Shown here: piece by piece, positions 1 through 6,591 of the stretch
Layout: the number at the start of each line of letters is the position of its first letter
Position numbering within the stretch: the stretch's first letter is position 1
Source: an uncultured Candidatus Bathyarchaeia archaeon
GTDB lineage: Archaea; Thermoproteota; Bathyarchaeia; Bathyarchaeales; Bathyarchaeaceae
DNA: 16,135 nt
Assembly (NCBI GenBank): GCA_964503065.1
Contig: CAZCYX010000035.1
Location: forward strand, 1 to 16,135
Direction: 5' to 3'
Program-made: the position numbers and the translations under genes
The notes under the pieces: generated by a model
Told to the model about the DNA's origin: nothing
Seen by the model: only the letters and a program-made list of their open reading frames with translations
Databases searched by the model: none

Positions 1-327
1 ACAATTATGTCAGCTGACGAATGGTATCTGGAAAAAGGTAAAGCTCAAGCTAAAACAATTATAGCCAATTGGTTGACGCTTCTTAAGGAGAAGCAGAAGG
101 CTGGATTTACTGGATTACGTGTCGCTGGTGAGATGGAGGTTTTCTTTGCTAATTCAAAAAGTGAAGAGTTATTAAGATATGAAGCAGCGCTTGGCAGACA
201 ATTTGCCTTTGACCTATGTGCATTGTGCCTCTACGACACAGAGTGGCTTGATGAAACACAGGTCATCCAACTGAACAAATGTCACGGTCACAGAATCTTC
301 AGAAACATAGCTTTGATAGCAACATAA
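1..327 (+). CDS. MEDS-domain-like sensory protein, C-terminal fragment. The reading frame is open to the window edge, so the gene is 5'-truncated.
   Basis: Frame 1 is open from base 1 to the TAA stop at 325-327. The C-terminal region shows the MEDS hallmarks GLRVAGEM, LLRYEAALG and ALCLYD followed by a His-containing tail. Confidence 0.5.
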   Translation, partial: TIMSADEWYLEKGKAQAKTIIANWLTLLKEKQKAGFTGLRVAGEMEVFFANSKSEELLRYEAALGRQFAFDLCALCLYDTEWLDETQVIQLNKCHGHRIFRNIALIAT

Positions 328-372
328 ATCCATTCATTATCTCAGTGAATCAATGATTTGATGGATTTATAT
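326..372 (+). terminator. Stem-loop plus T-rich tract immediately after the stop codon of the upstream gene.
   Basis: An 8-bp stem, aaatccat (326-333) with atggattt (361-368), has an inner 5-bp stem tcatt/aatga and is followed by tttatatata. Seen directly in the sequence. Confidence 0.35.
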
Positions 373-377
373 ATAGG

Positions 378-390
378 ACTTTATAGAAGG
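378..390 (+). promoter_or_regulatory. TATA-like element (actttatagaagg) upstream of the carbamoyltransferase gene.
   Basis: A TTTATA-type box lies about 60 nt upstream of the ATG at 444. A second TATATATAGG sits 10 nt further upstream. A GAGG Shine-Dalgarno-like element lies 7 nt before the ATG. Confidence 0.3.
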
Positions 391-443
391 TCTATCCACA
401 AGAGGAAAAAGGAGATATTGCGGTGTCACCATTGAGGTCGATC

Positions 444-1358
444 ATGCATTTATTGACTCTCAAAGACTGGCCCTCAAAAAAAATCAATGCAACAATTGAA
501 AAGGCTATAGAAACTAAGAATAATCTGGAGCGGTATCGCAGTTCTTTGAAGGACAAATCTTTGGCGATGGCTTTTCAGAAGACTTCGACTAGAACACGGG
601 TTTCTTTTGAGGTGGCTATGACGCAACTTGGAGGTCACGGAGTCTATCTTGACTGGAGAACCACAAATTTCATGTTAGCAGATGTCAGAGACGAGACCAA
701 GTATCTTTCAAGAAATGTCGATTGTATCATGGCTCGTTTGTTACGGAACGCGGATTTGAGGGCGATGGCAGAAGCCTCTAAGGTTCCAGTGATCAATGGA
801 TGCGACGAGAAATATCATCCTTGCCAAGCGATCTGTGATCTGATGACAATGAAGGAGAAGAAAGGTTCGTTGAAGGGGTTAAAGCTTGTTTACATAGGGG
901 TTCATAACAACGTGTGTAATTCGCTGATTGAAGGATGCATCAAGACCGGAGTGAAAATCACCACCGTGACACCCATCATAAATGAAGATGCCTTTGACAA
1001 AGAGTTAGTGGAGAAGGCTAAGCAAACCAAACTTTACGAGACAGCGCTCGATGTAAAAGAAGCTGTTAAAGATGCTGATTTTGTTTACACCGACACTTGG
1101 GTAGATATGGAGTTCTTTCTCGACCCAAAGTTTAAGGAAGCGAAAGAAAAGAGGATCAAACTTATGAAACCTTATCAAATTAACAGTGAACTGTTGAAGG
1201 GTACGAACGCCCTAGTGATGCATGACATGCCAATTCACAGGGGTTACGAGATAAGTGCCGAAATTATAGAAAGCCCTAACTCCATAATTTATGAGCAAAG
1301 TGAGAATAGGCTCCACTCGGCAAAGGGCATTCTTCTGGAACTGCTAAGCGCCCCATAG
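444..1358 (+). CDS. Carbamoyltransferase of the ornithine/aspartate transcarbamylase superfamily. It is OTC-like, but the substrate-binding motifs are non-canonical.
   Basis: STRTR carbamoyl-phosphate motif (TSTRTRVSFE) and HPCQ motif are present. FVYTDTWVDMEF is found where OTC has DxWxSMG. MHDMPIH is found where OTC has HCLP. The N-terminus MHLLTLKDW is typical of OTC. The track ORF begins at GTG 423; ATG 444, which has a GAGG ribosome-binding site, is preferred. Confidence 0.75.
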   Translation: MHLLTLKDWPSKKINATIEKAIETKNNLERYRSSLKDKSLAMAFQKTSTRTRVSFEVAMTQLGGHGVYLDWRTTNFMLADVRDETKYLSRNVDCIMARLLRNADLRAMAEASKVPVINGCDEKYHPCQAICDLMTMKEKKGSLKGLKLVYIGVHNNVCNSLIEGCIKTGVKITTVTPIINEDAFDKELVEKAKQTKLYETALDVKEAVKDADFVYTDTWVDMEFFLDPKFKEAKEKRIKLMKPYQINSELLKGTNALVMHDMPIHRGYEISAEIIESPNSIIYEQSENRLHSAKGILLELLSAP

Positions 1359-1410
1359 AAACTTACTGAAAAATCCTTCAATGTTCTCAGGGTTTCACAA
1401 GGTAATCATC

Positions 1411-1998
1411 ATGAAGGCCTGTGGAATTATTGGCAGTCCTAAGAAAAACGGGAATGTAGATCTACTTGTATCTCAAGTATTGAAGGGGGCAGGAAGCCAA
1501 GGGGCAAAAACATATAAAATCTATCTTAACGATTTGAGTATTAGGCCATGTCAGAGTTGTGGAGTTGATCCTTATCCGAAGTATTGTCTCTTTGATGATG
1601 ACATGAAAGTAGTTTATGATGCGTTAGAGTCTTGCGACGTCATAGTGCTGGGTTCTCCTGTATATTTCGACACTGTAAGCGCACAGACCAAACTCATGAT
1701 AGACCGTAGCAACTGCTTACTACCCTATGTTAAGCGTCCTGATGGAACATACGGTTTCGAAAGAAGAATAGAGAAACGGAAGAAGGGAGTCTTCATCGCA
1801 GTCGCAGGCACAGACCAAGAATTCCACACTATTCAAACAACAGTGAAGGGTTTTTTCAATTGGGCGAACATTGAGTTGGCCGAAACAATTCTATACTCTC
1901 ACGACGACAACGAGATAGGTAGCGTAAGAAAAGACAAAAAAAGAATGACAGAAGCCTTTGAAACTGGAGTTCGAATCGTAAAATTTGGAAAAGTTTAA
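1411..1998 (+). CDS. Flavodoxin-fold NAD(P)H-dependent FMN reductase-like flavoprotein.
   Basis: MKACGIIGSPKKNGNV is the GSPR/K N-terminal motif of the NADPH-dependent FMN reductase / iron-sulfur flavoprotein family. VIVLGSPVYF is the FMN-binding loop. An AAGGT ribosome-binding site lies 8 nt before ATG 1411. The track start at 1381 is an upstream in-frame ATG. Confidence 0.6.
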   Translation: MKACGIIGSPKKNGNVDLLVSQVLKGAGSQGAKTYKIYLNDLSIRPCQSCGVDPYPKYCLFDDDMKVVYDALESCDVIVLGSPVYFDTVSAQTKLMIDRSNCLLPYVKRPDGTYGFERRIEKRKKGVFIAVAGTDQEFHTIQTTVKGFFNWANIELAETILYSHDDNEIGSVRKDKKRMTEAFETGVRIVKFGKV

Positions 1999-2034
1999 GT
2001 TCTTACTTCTTGCGCGCGTGGGACAGAGACTTTT

Positions 2035-2940
2035 CTACTTCAGTATCATTTTTGTAAATTGTTCGGGGTCAAACTCTTGTAGGTCTTCGTATCTTTGACC
2101 CGTTCCGATAAATACTATGGGTTTCTTTGTCACGTAGGTTACGCTGAGGGCTGACCCTCCTTTCACGTCGGCGTCAACTTTTGTAAGGATGGTTCCATCA
2201 ATGCCTACAGTTTTATGGAATTCTTCGGCTTGCATGACAGCGTCGTTTCCAGTCAATGCATCCACAGTCAAAACCGTTACGTCAGGACTGATGACTCTCT
2301 TGATCTTCTGCAGTTCGTTCATCAGGTTTCGGTTTGTTTGGATTCGTCCCGCCGTATCAATCAACACAGCATTTATTCCCTGTGCTTTAGCATGACTAAT
2401 AGCATCATAAGCCACCGCTGCAGGATCAGCTCCATACTTATGCTTGATCATACGCACACCAAGACGTCTTGCATGTTCCTCCAACTGTTCAATGGACCCC
2501 GCACGATAGGTGTCACTGCAAGCAAGAACAACCGAATAATCATTTTTCATAAGAAAATTGGCAACCTTCGCTATGCTTGTAGTTTTTCCAGTTCCATTAA
2601 TCCCCACAAAAAGAATCACGTAGGGCTCGTTACTCTTTCGCTTTTCCTTAACCCTTTTCAGCAGATCGATCTTCTCATTGGTCGTTAATACATTAAGCAA
2701 AATCTCGTCAAGATTTGCCCTCACTATCTTTCCTCGGTCTTCTAGTCGTTTTATCTGGACGCCGTCGAGCCGTTTTTCCATCTCTTCGCAGATGTGATCG
2801 GCGACAGACACTGCCACATCATTTTCTATTAGGCTTAGTTTAAAGTCTCCTAGGACTGGACGTAATTTTTCAGCCTTCAACTCAGTAGTAGTGACTTTGT
2901 TGACGAGGTTGCTGAGCCCTTTCCTAAGCTTTTCGAACAC
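2035..2940 (-). CDS. ftsY: Signal recognition particle receptor FtsY (short archaeal form).
   Basis: SRP54-type GTPase with GINGTGKTT P-loop, DTAGR and TKVD motifs, and an N-terminus FEKLRKGL. It apparently starts with GTG at 2940 and overlaps the end of pfdA by 17 nt. Confidence 0.9.
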   Translation of the reverse strand: MFEKLRKGLSNLVNKVTTTELKAEKLRPVLGDFKLSLIENDVAVSVADHICEEMEKRLDGVQIKRLEDRGKIVRANLDEILLNVLTTNEKIDLLKRVKEKRKSNEPYVILFVGINGTGKTTSIAKVANFLMKNDYSVVLACSDTYRAGSIEQLEEHARRLGVRMIKHKYGADPAAVAYDAISHAKAQGINAVLIDTAGRIQTNRNLMNELQKIKRVISPDVTVLTVDALTGNDAVMQAEEFHKTVGIDGTILTKVDADVKGGSALSVTYVTKKPIVFIGTGQRYEDLQEFDPEQFTKMILK

Positions 2941-3388
2941 CCTCCGCTTGCTCCCCTCTCAGTTTTGCTGTTATCTCTTCAAGTTGGGCTCTATGACCCC
3001 CAATTTTATCCACTACCTGAGTCAATTGCTGCTGAAGCGATGCTCCTGTTTTCTCCAAGTTACTAATGCGGTTTCCGATGTTTTCCTTTGCCTCTTTTAT
3101 CGTTTTTTCAATAGCCACTCCAGCACCGACTCCAACAATTATCTTATCTGGGCTTCTCAGTGTTGCTTCTATGTAGGAGCCGCCTCCTATTGGGACCACT
3201 AGTTGCGCTTCTTTCTTCTCCTTTTCCAATCCTTCCATGGTCATGTTTGCAACTCTGAGTTCGGTGAGGGCAGCATTTACTAAACTAATTCTTGACTGTA
3301 GAGCTTCGGCTGTTCCTTCCAAAATTCGAAGTTCAACCACTAACCTTCTAAAGGTCTCTTCCTCACTGGACACCTTCTTCTTCTCCAA
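2924..3388 (-). CDS. pfdA: Prefoldin alpha subunit.
   Basis: Two coiled-coil arms flank a beta-hairpin core (VVPIGGGSYIEATL ... IIVGVGAGVAIE). It occupies the conserved position between rplX and ftsY. The start is TTG 3388 or GTG 3373; the latter is preceded by GGAGAAGAAGAAG. Confidence 0.85.
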   Translation of the reverse strand: MEKKKVSSEEETFRRLVVELRILEGTAEALQSRISLVNAALTELRVANMTMEGLEKEKKEAQLVVPIGGGSYIEATLRSPDKIIVGVGAGVAIEKTIKEAKENIGNRISNLEKTGASLQQQLTQVVDKIGGHRAQLEEITAKLRGEQAEGVRKA

Positions 3389-3614
3389 GGGTCAGTTTCT
3401 TTATTAACGGACTCTCAATCTCCTCGGGACCTATCTCCTTAACCGCGCTAATTTTTATTTGGAAACGTTTGGCTCTATGCTTACTGCCGAGATTTTTGTA
3501 GATTTCTTCAATGGCGTCCTCAGGCTTCAAAGCTCTGACCTCTTTTCTAAATTTGGTTTGAAAGTTTGGCTTCACAATTTCCCCTGTTACTTGAAAGACC
3601 TTAACTTTACTCAT
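3363..3614 (-). CDS. rplX: 50S ribosomal protein LX (L18Ae / L20A family).
   Basis: The sequence MSKVKVFQVTGEIVKPN...KFRKEVRALKPEDAIEEIYKNLGSKH matches archaeal LX. It holds the conserved position between eIF6 and prefoldin alpha. Confidence 0.8.
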   Translation of the reverse strand: MSKVKVFQVTGEIVKPNFQTKFRKEVRALKPEDAIEEIYKNLGSKHRAKRFQIKISAVKEIGPEEIESPLIKKLTLGEEEGVQ

Positions 3615-3681
3615 TAGATCACCATGCCTGTCCGTCCTTTGAGAGGGGCAACTTCCCTATAAATATTTTAGAATAGCCTCA

Positions 3682-4368
3682 TCAGTTTTCATCTGTTTCT
3701 TTCACTACATCCAGTGCTTGCCCAATTATGAATAGTTCAGGTCCAGTTGTTATCGAGCCTGCTATGGCTCCAGATTTGTTTCCTATAAGCCCAGTGGCGA
3801 CGTATGGGATTCCACAATTTATGGTTCCAACGTCAACAGGAACCTTTAACACGTCAGTTAGAATCTTTTGTTCTTCCTCTTTTAGTAGGGGATGGGCTAA
3901 AACGCCCTTGTTTGTGGCAAGGGCAAGAGAACCAGCATAAGGTAGTCCAGCTATTTCCCCTCGGGCCACTTCAACGCCTAGTGTGTCTGCAATTATTTTT
4001 GCATCGGTTTCTTTGAGCCTAGGGTCGATTAAGGCGCCATAATCGTTTGCTAGAACCAAGTTTCCGTAGGCAGTTTTCTTTGTTTCCATGATTGCAGTGT
4101 TGATGTCAGAGCACGATGTGATGGCTTGAATCTCTTCTTTGCGGGTGTAATGAGGCAGTATTATGCCCTTTGAATTGGCACAAGCTAAGGCTCCTATAAG
4201 CACAGATTCGCCGATAGTTGTACGGATAACTTTAGCCTTTATCCATTCTTCCAACTTTCTCGATTTAGCTTCTGTAACCTGTGGGGGAACAATCAAAATT
4301 TCGTCGGTGGCTAATGAGTAGACTCCTATGCTTGCGCTACCAAAAAGGTCGAAAAGAAATATCGCCAA
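3682..4368 (-). CDS. eif6: Translation initiation factor 6 (eIF6 / aIF6).
   Basis: N-terminus LFDLFGSASIGVY. Repeated pentein-fold units and the conserved operon position support the call. The only available start is TTG 4368, one codon after the L31e stop. Confidence 0.9.
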   Translation of the reverse strand: MAIFLFDLFGSASIGVYSLATDEILIVPPQVTEAKSRKLEEWIKAKVIRTTIGESVLIGALACANSKGIILPHYTRKEEIQAITSCSDINTAIMETKKTAYGNLVLANDYGALIDPRLKETDAKIIADTLGVEVARGEIAGLPYAGSLALATNKGVLAHPLLKEEEQKILTDVLKVPVDVGTINCGIPYVATGLIGNKSGAIAGSITTGPELFIIGQALDVVKETDEN

Positions 4369-4371
4369 GCA

Positions 4372-4959
4372 TTAATCCTCTTCTGCCAAACGAAGGGTCA
4401 CAGTTCCCTCTTTATCCTTTACAGCCCGAACTCTAATCTTTCTCGGCGGATTCTTTATCCCAGAACTCCAAATCTTTTCGTTTACATCGTTGCTTATAAC
4501 CAGTCTTTCAGCTTCTTCTTCTGTTGCGTCTATCTTAATCTTCATATGCTTTATGATAAAACCCTTAATAATGCGTATGGCTCGTGGTGCACGCTTTTTC
4601 GGTGGGGATATCCATGCTCTTCCTAACGGTATTGTGTAGATTCGTTCCTCAACGATTTCTTCTTCGACTTCTTCCCTTTCTCTTCTTTCGGGTTTCTCCT
4701 CTTCTGCCTCTTCTTCTATAGGCTCCTCTAAAACCTCTTCTTCAACGATCTCCTCTTTAATCGGTTCCTCAATTTCCTCCTCTACAACCGCTTCCTCTAA
4801 AGCTTCTTCCTCAGCGGTCTCCTCTTCCGTCCTTTCTTCAGTTTCTTCTAATTCCTCCTCAGTTTCAGTCTCTTCAGTGGATAGTTCTTCTTCTGGTTCC
4901 TCTTTGGTTTTTTTCTCCAGTTCTTCTTTAACATTGGCTTCTTTTGAGGGAGTTTTCAT
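4372..4959 (-). CDS. rpl31e: 50S ribosomal protein L31e with a long poly-glutamate N-terminal extension.
   Basis: The C-terminal 90 aa (IYTIPLGRAWISPPKKRAPRAIRIIKGF...VRAVKDKEGTVTLRLAE) is the L31e fold. Residues 1-106 are about 60% Glu (EEEXEE repeats). Confidence 0.85.
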   Translation of the reverse strand: MKTPSKEANVKEELEKKTKEEPEEELSTEETETEEELEETEERTEEETAEEEALEEAVVEEEIEEPIKEEIVEEEVLEEPIEEEAEEEKPERREREEVEEEIVEERIYTIPLGRAWISPPKKRAPRAIRIIKGFIIKHMKIKIDATEEEAERLVISNDVNEKIWSSGIKNPPRKIRVRAVKDKEGTVTLRLAEED

Positions 4960-4970
4960 TGTCGGTTATC

Positions 4971-5126
4971 TCACGCTTTTATTTTTCTTTGATGCCAACG
5001 TCTTCTTTTGGGGTTGGTTCTAACACGTCCAACAGTCTTTGCGATGACCCATGTAGGGACTGATTTCTTCTGTTTTCCTGCTTTTGCTAACCTTCGTTTT
5101 TTTGCAGTCGGTTTGTTTCTCGCCAT
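4971..5126 (-). CDS. rpl39e: 50S ribosomal protein L39e. This gene is not in the supplied ORF track and was found by manual translation.
   Basis: Minus-strand ATG at 5126 to TGA at 4971 encodes [51 protein letters not shown] (51 aa). This is a near-consensus L39e. It sits in the conserved slot between the PDCD5-like gene and rpl31e, 2 nt after the upstream stop. Confidence 0.85.
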   Translation of the reverse strand: MARNKPTAKKRRLAKAGKQKKSVPTWVIAKTVGRVRTNPKRRRWHQRKIKA

Positions 5127-5128
5127 GT

Positions 5129-5458
5129 TTAGACTCTCCTGATCTTGATCTCTCGCCGTTGGGATTGCAGTTTCTTCAATATCTCTTTCAGTTGCTCATC
5201 TGTCATTGGAATGTTTATCTTATTCTGTTGTGCGAGCTGAATTAATTGCAGTTCAAGTTGCTCTGCAAATTCTGGCTTCACCATTTTCAAGTTGTTGAGG
5301 CGTTGTCTTGCATCAGATGTAAGAATTCTGCGTAATATGGCTTGCTTCTGCATTTCAATTTGTTGCTCTACTTGAACCCGTTGTTGCTCTTGGGCAAGAC
5401 GACGTTGTAACTCAAGCATTCTCCTTCTTCGCAGTGTTTCGAGTTCTTCTTCACTCAT
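5129..5458 (-). CDS. PDCD5/TFAR19-like dsDNA-binding protein (archaeal MTH1615 family).
   Basis: [18 protein letters not shown]...[40 protein letters not shown]...[10 protein letters not shown]...RREIKIRR is the hallmark sequence. It holds the conserved position between rps19e and rpl39e. Confidence 0.85.
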   Translation of the reverse strand: MSEEELETLRRRRMLELQRRLAQEQQRVQVEQQIEMQKQAILRRILTSDARQRLNNLKMVKPEFAEQLELQLIQLAQQNKINIPMTDEQLKEILKKLQSQRREIKIRRV

Positions 5459-5468
5459 TAGAGGGCAC

Positions 5469-5924
5469 CTAATACTTCTTAAGTTCTGGAATCTCTTTCT
5501 CTAGGGCCTTCTTGATTTCCGTAGACAAGGTGTCTAGTAGTCTTCTTCCTTCTTTAGTCACCACTCGTCCCTTATTTCCAGAAGGCTTCACAAGAGCAGC
5601 TACTTCCAACTGTTGAATAGCCTTTCTAACAGCCGCACCTCCACCTTTTCTTGCGTGTTCTGGTCTAACTCCACGATCAACCCGTCCTCCGTATTCTGAG
5701 CGGAGATGTGATGTGCCGATTGGTCCTTTGATGTAGATCTTTCTTAGAAGAGAAGCACATCGGGTGAACCACCAGTCGGGGTTCTGTGGATGTCTTTGGG
5801 TGTGGGAGCCAGTTTTTACGAAGGGAGTCCAAGGTGGCGGAACTATTTCGTCTATGTTATCCTTTAGATATTTTGCTAATTTTTTGATCAGCATTGATGC
5901 GGGAACATCATATGGCGTTGGCAA
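5469..5924 (-). CDS. rps19e: 30S ribosomal protein S19e.
   Basis: PTPYDVPAS...PPPWTPFVKTG...NPDWWFTRCASLLRKIYIKGPIG...YGG are S19e hallmarks. The first in-frame start after the upstream stop is TTG 5924, preceded by GGAAGAAGAG. Confidence 0.9.
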   Translation of the reverse strand: MPTPYDVPASMLIKKLAKYLKDNIDEIVPPPWTPFVKTGSHTQRHPQNPDWWFTRCASLLRKIYIKGPIGTSHLRSEYGGRVDRGVRPEHARKGGGAAVRKAIQQLEVAALVKPSGNKGRVVTKEGRRLLDTLSTEIKKALEKEIPELKKY

Positions 5925-5965
5925 ATCTCTTCTTCCTGTTGTTTTCCTCAGTAATTCATGAAGCG

Positions 5966-5977
5966 CCTTATAAAGAC
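5966..5977 (-). promoter_or_regulatory. Candidate TATA box for the rps19e-to-ftsY operon (minus-strand reading TCTTTATAAGG).
   Basis: An archaeal-type TTTATAA element lies about 44 nt upstream of the S19e start codon on the coding strand. A purine-rich leader lies between them. Confidence 0.4.
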
Positions 5978-6344
5978 TTTTTCGGCATTATTAAGGATTT
6001 TTAGGTATTTTCCCAGCGACAAGTTTTCTTGTGTTTTGACGGATGTAAATTTTGCACCGTGCGATATGAGCCAATCATCTAACTGCTTTTGTCATTCCCA
6101 GACTCTAGTTTCTATTCTCTAGGATTTCGACGCTTTTCAAGACGCTATCCTTAACTTCCACCGTTTTTAAAGCGACCAGAGGTTTCGCAGGTTTCCATTT
6201 TGGAAGGGTTGTCATAGGTCAGCAGATTTAACCAACTTCCACCGTGTTGGAGACCAGAGTATCCTCAGGCGAAGCCCTCTAATGGTCATATTCCGCTACA
6301 ACCCTTTTGCGTGCATCTATACTATACTTTCCGAATAGGAGTTT

Positions 6345-6587
6345 TTAGTATTGAAATTCAATTTTGACTTTTCCGAAACGTTGAAATGTCGATATGATTC
6401 CAAGAAAGGCATCTGCAGGTATGGTAGGTTCTGTTTTGCTTCGTTCTTCCGCCAACTTTAACAGTTCGTATATCGTCATAAGGGATTCTTCTACAACTCT
6501 CGAGTCGTCGTCCATTCCTGTACTTTGTTTGTAGGCATCTAGAAGTTTCTTTGCTTTGTCACTTATTTGTACAACAAGTTCAGGCAT
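6345..6587 (-). CDS. Small ribbon-helix-helix (CopG/Arc/MetJ-like) protein, translationally coupled downstream of the flotillin gene.
   Basis: From ATG 6587 (preferred; AAGGAGAG lies 10 nt upstream; TGAaaaATG junction with the flotillin stop) the 80-aa protein begins MPELVVQISDKAKKLLDAYKQSTGMDDDSRVVEESLMTIYELLK. This fits a beta-strand / helix / G-turn / S-R N-capped helix ribbon-helix-helix pattern. There is no transmembrane segment. The track start GTG 6599 would overlap the flotillin gene by 8 nt. Confidence 0.5.
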   Translation of the reverse strand: MPELVVQISDKAKKLLDAYKQSTGMDDDSRVVEESLMTIYELLKLAEERSKTEPTIPADAFLGIISTFQRFGKVKIEFQY

Positions 6588-6591
6588 TTTT

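Noticed and set aside
2189-3202. Plus-strand ORFs 2189-2395, 2215-2688 and 2891-3202 lying antisense to ftsY and pfdA.
   Set aside because: They are wholly embedded in strongly supported minus-strand genes. They have low-complexity, Ser/Cys/Phe-rich translations and no motifs. These are typical antisense shadows in AT-rich DNA.
3728-4016. Plus-strand ORFs 3728-3940 and 3804-4016 inside eIF6.
   Set aside because: They are antisense to a conserved gene and have no start or ribosome-binding-site context.
5764-5961. Plus-strand 65-aa ORF overlapping the S19e N-terminus.
   Set aside because: It overlaps the conserved rps19e coding sequence and its promoter and is a shadow ORF.
5925-6344. Search for an SRP RNA, RNase P RNA or C/D-box sRNA in the long spacer, prompted by the nearby ftsY and rnp4 genes.
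   Set aside because: There is no GGAA-tetraloop / AGCAG helix-8 signature and no AGGAAAGUCC-type CR-I motif. There is no RUGAUGA...CUGA box pair. Only the generic long-range helix reported in the findings was seen.
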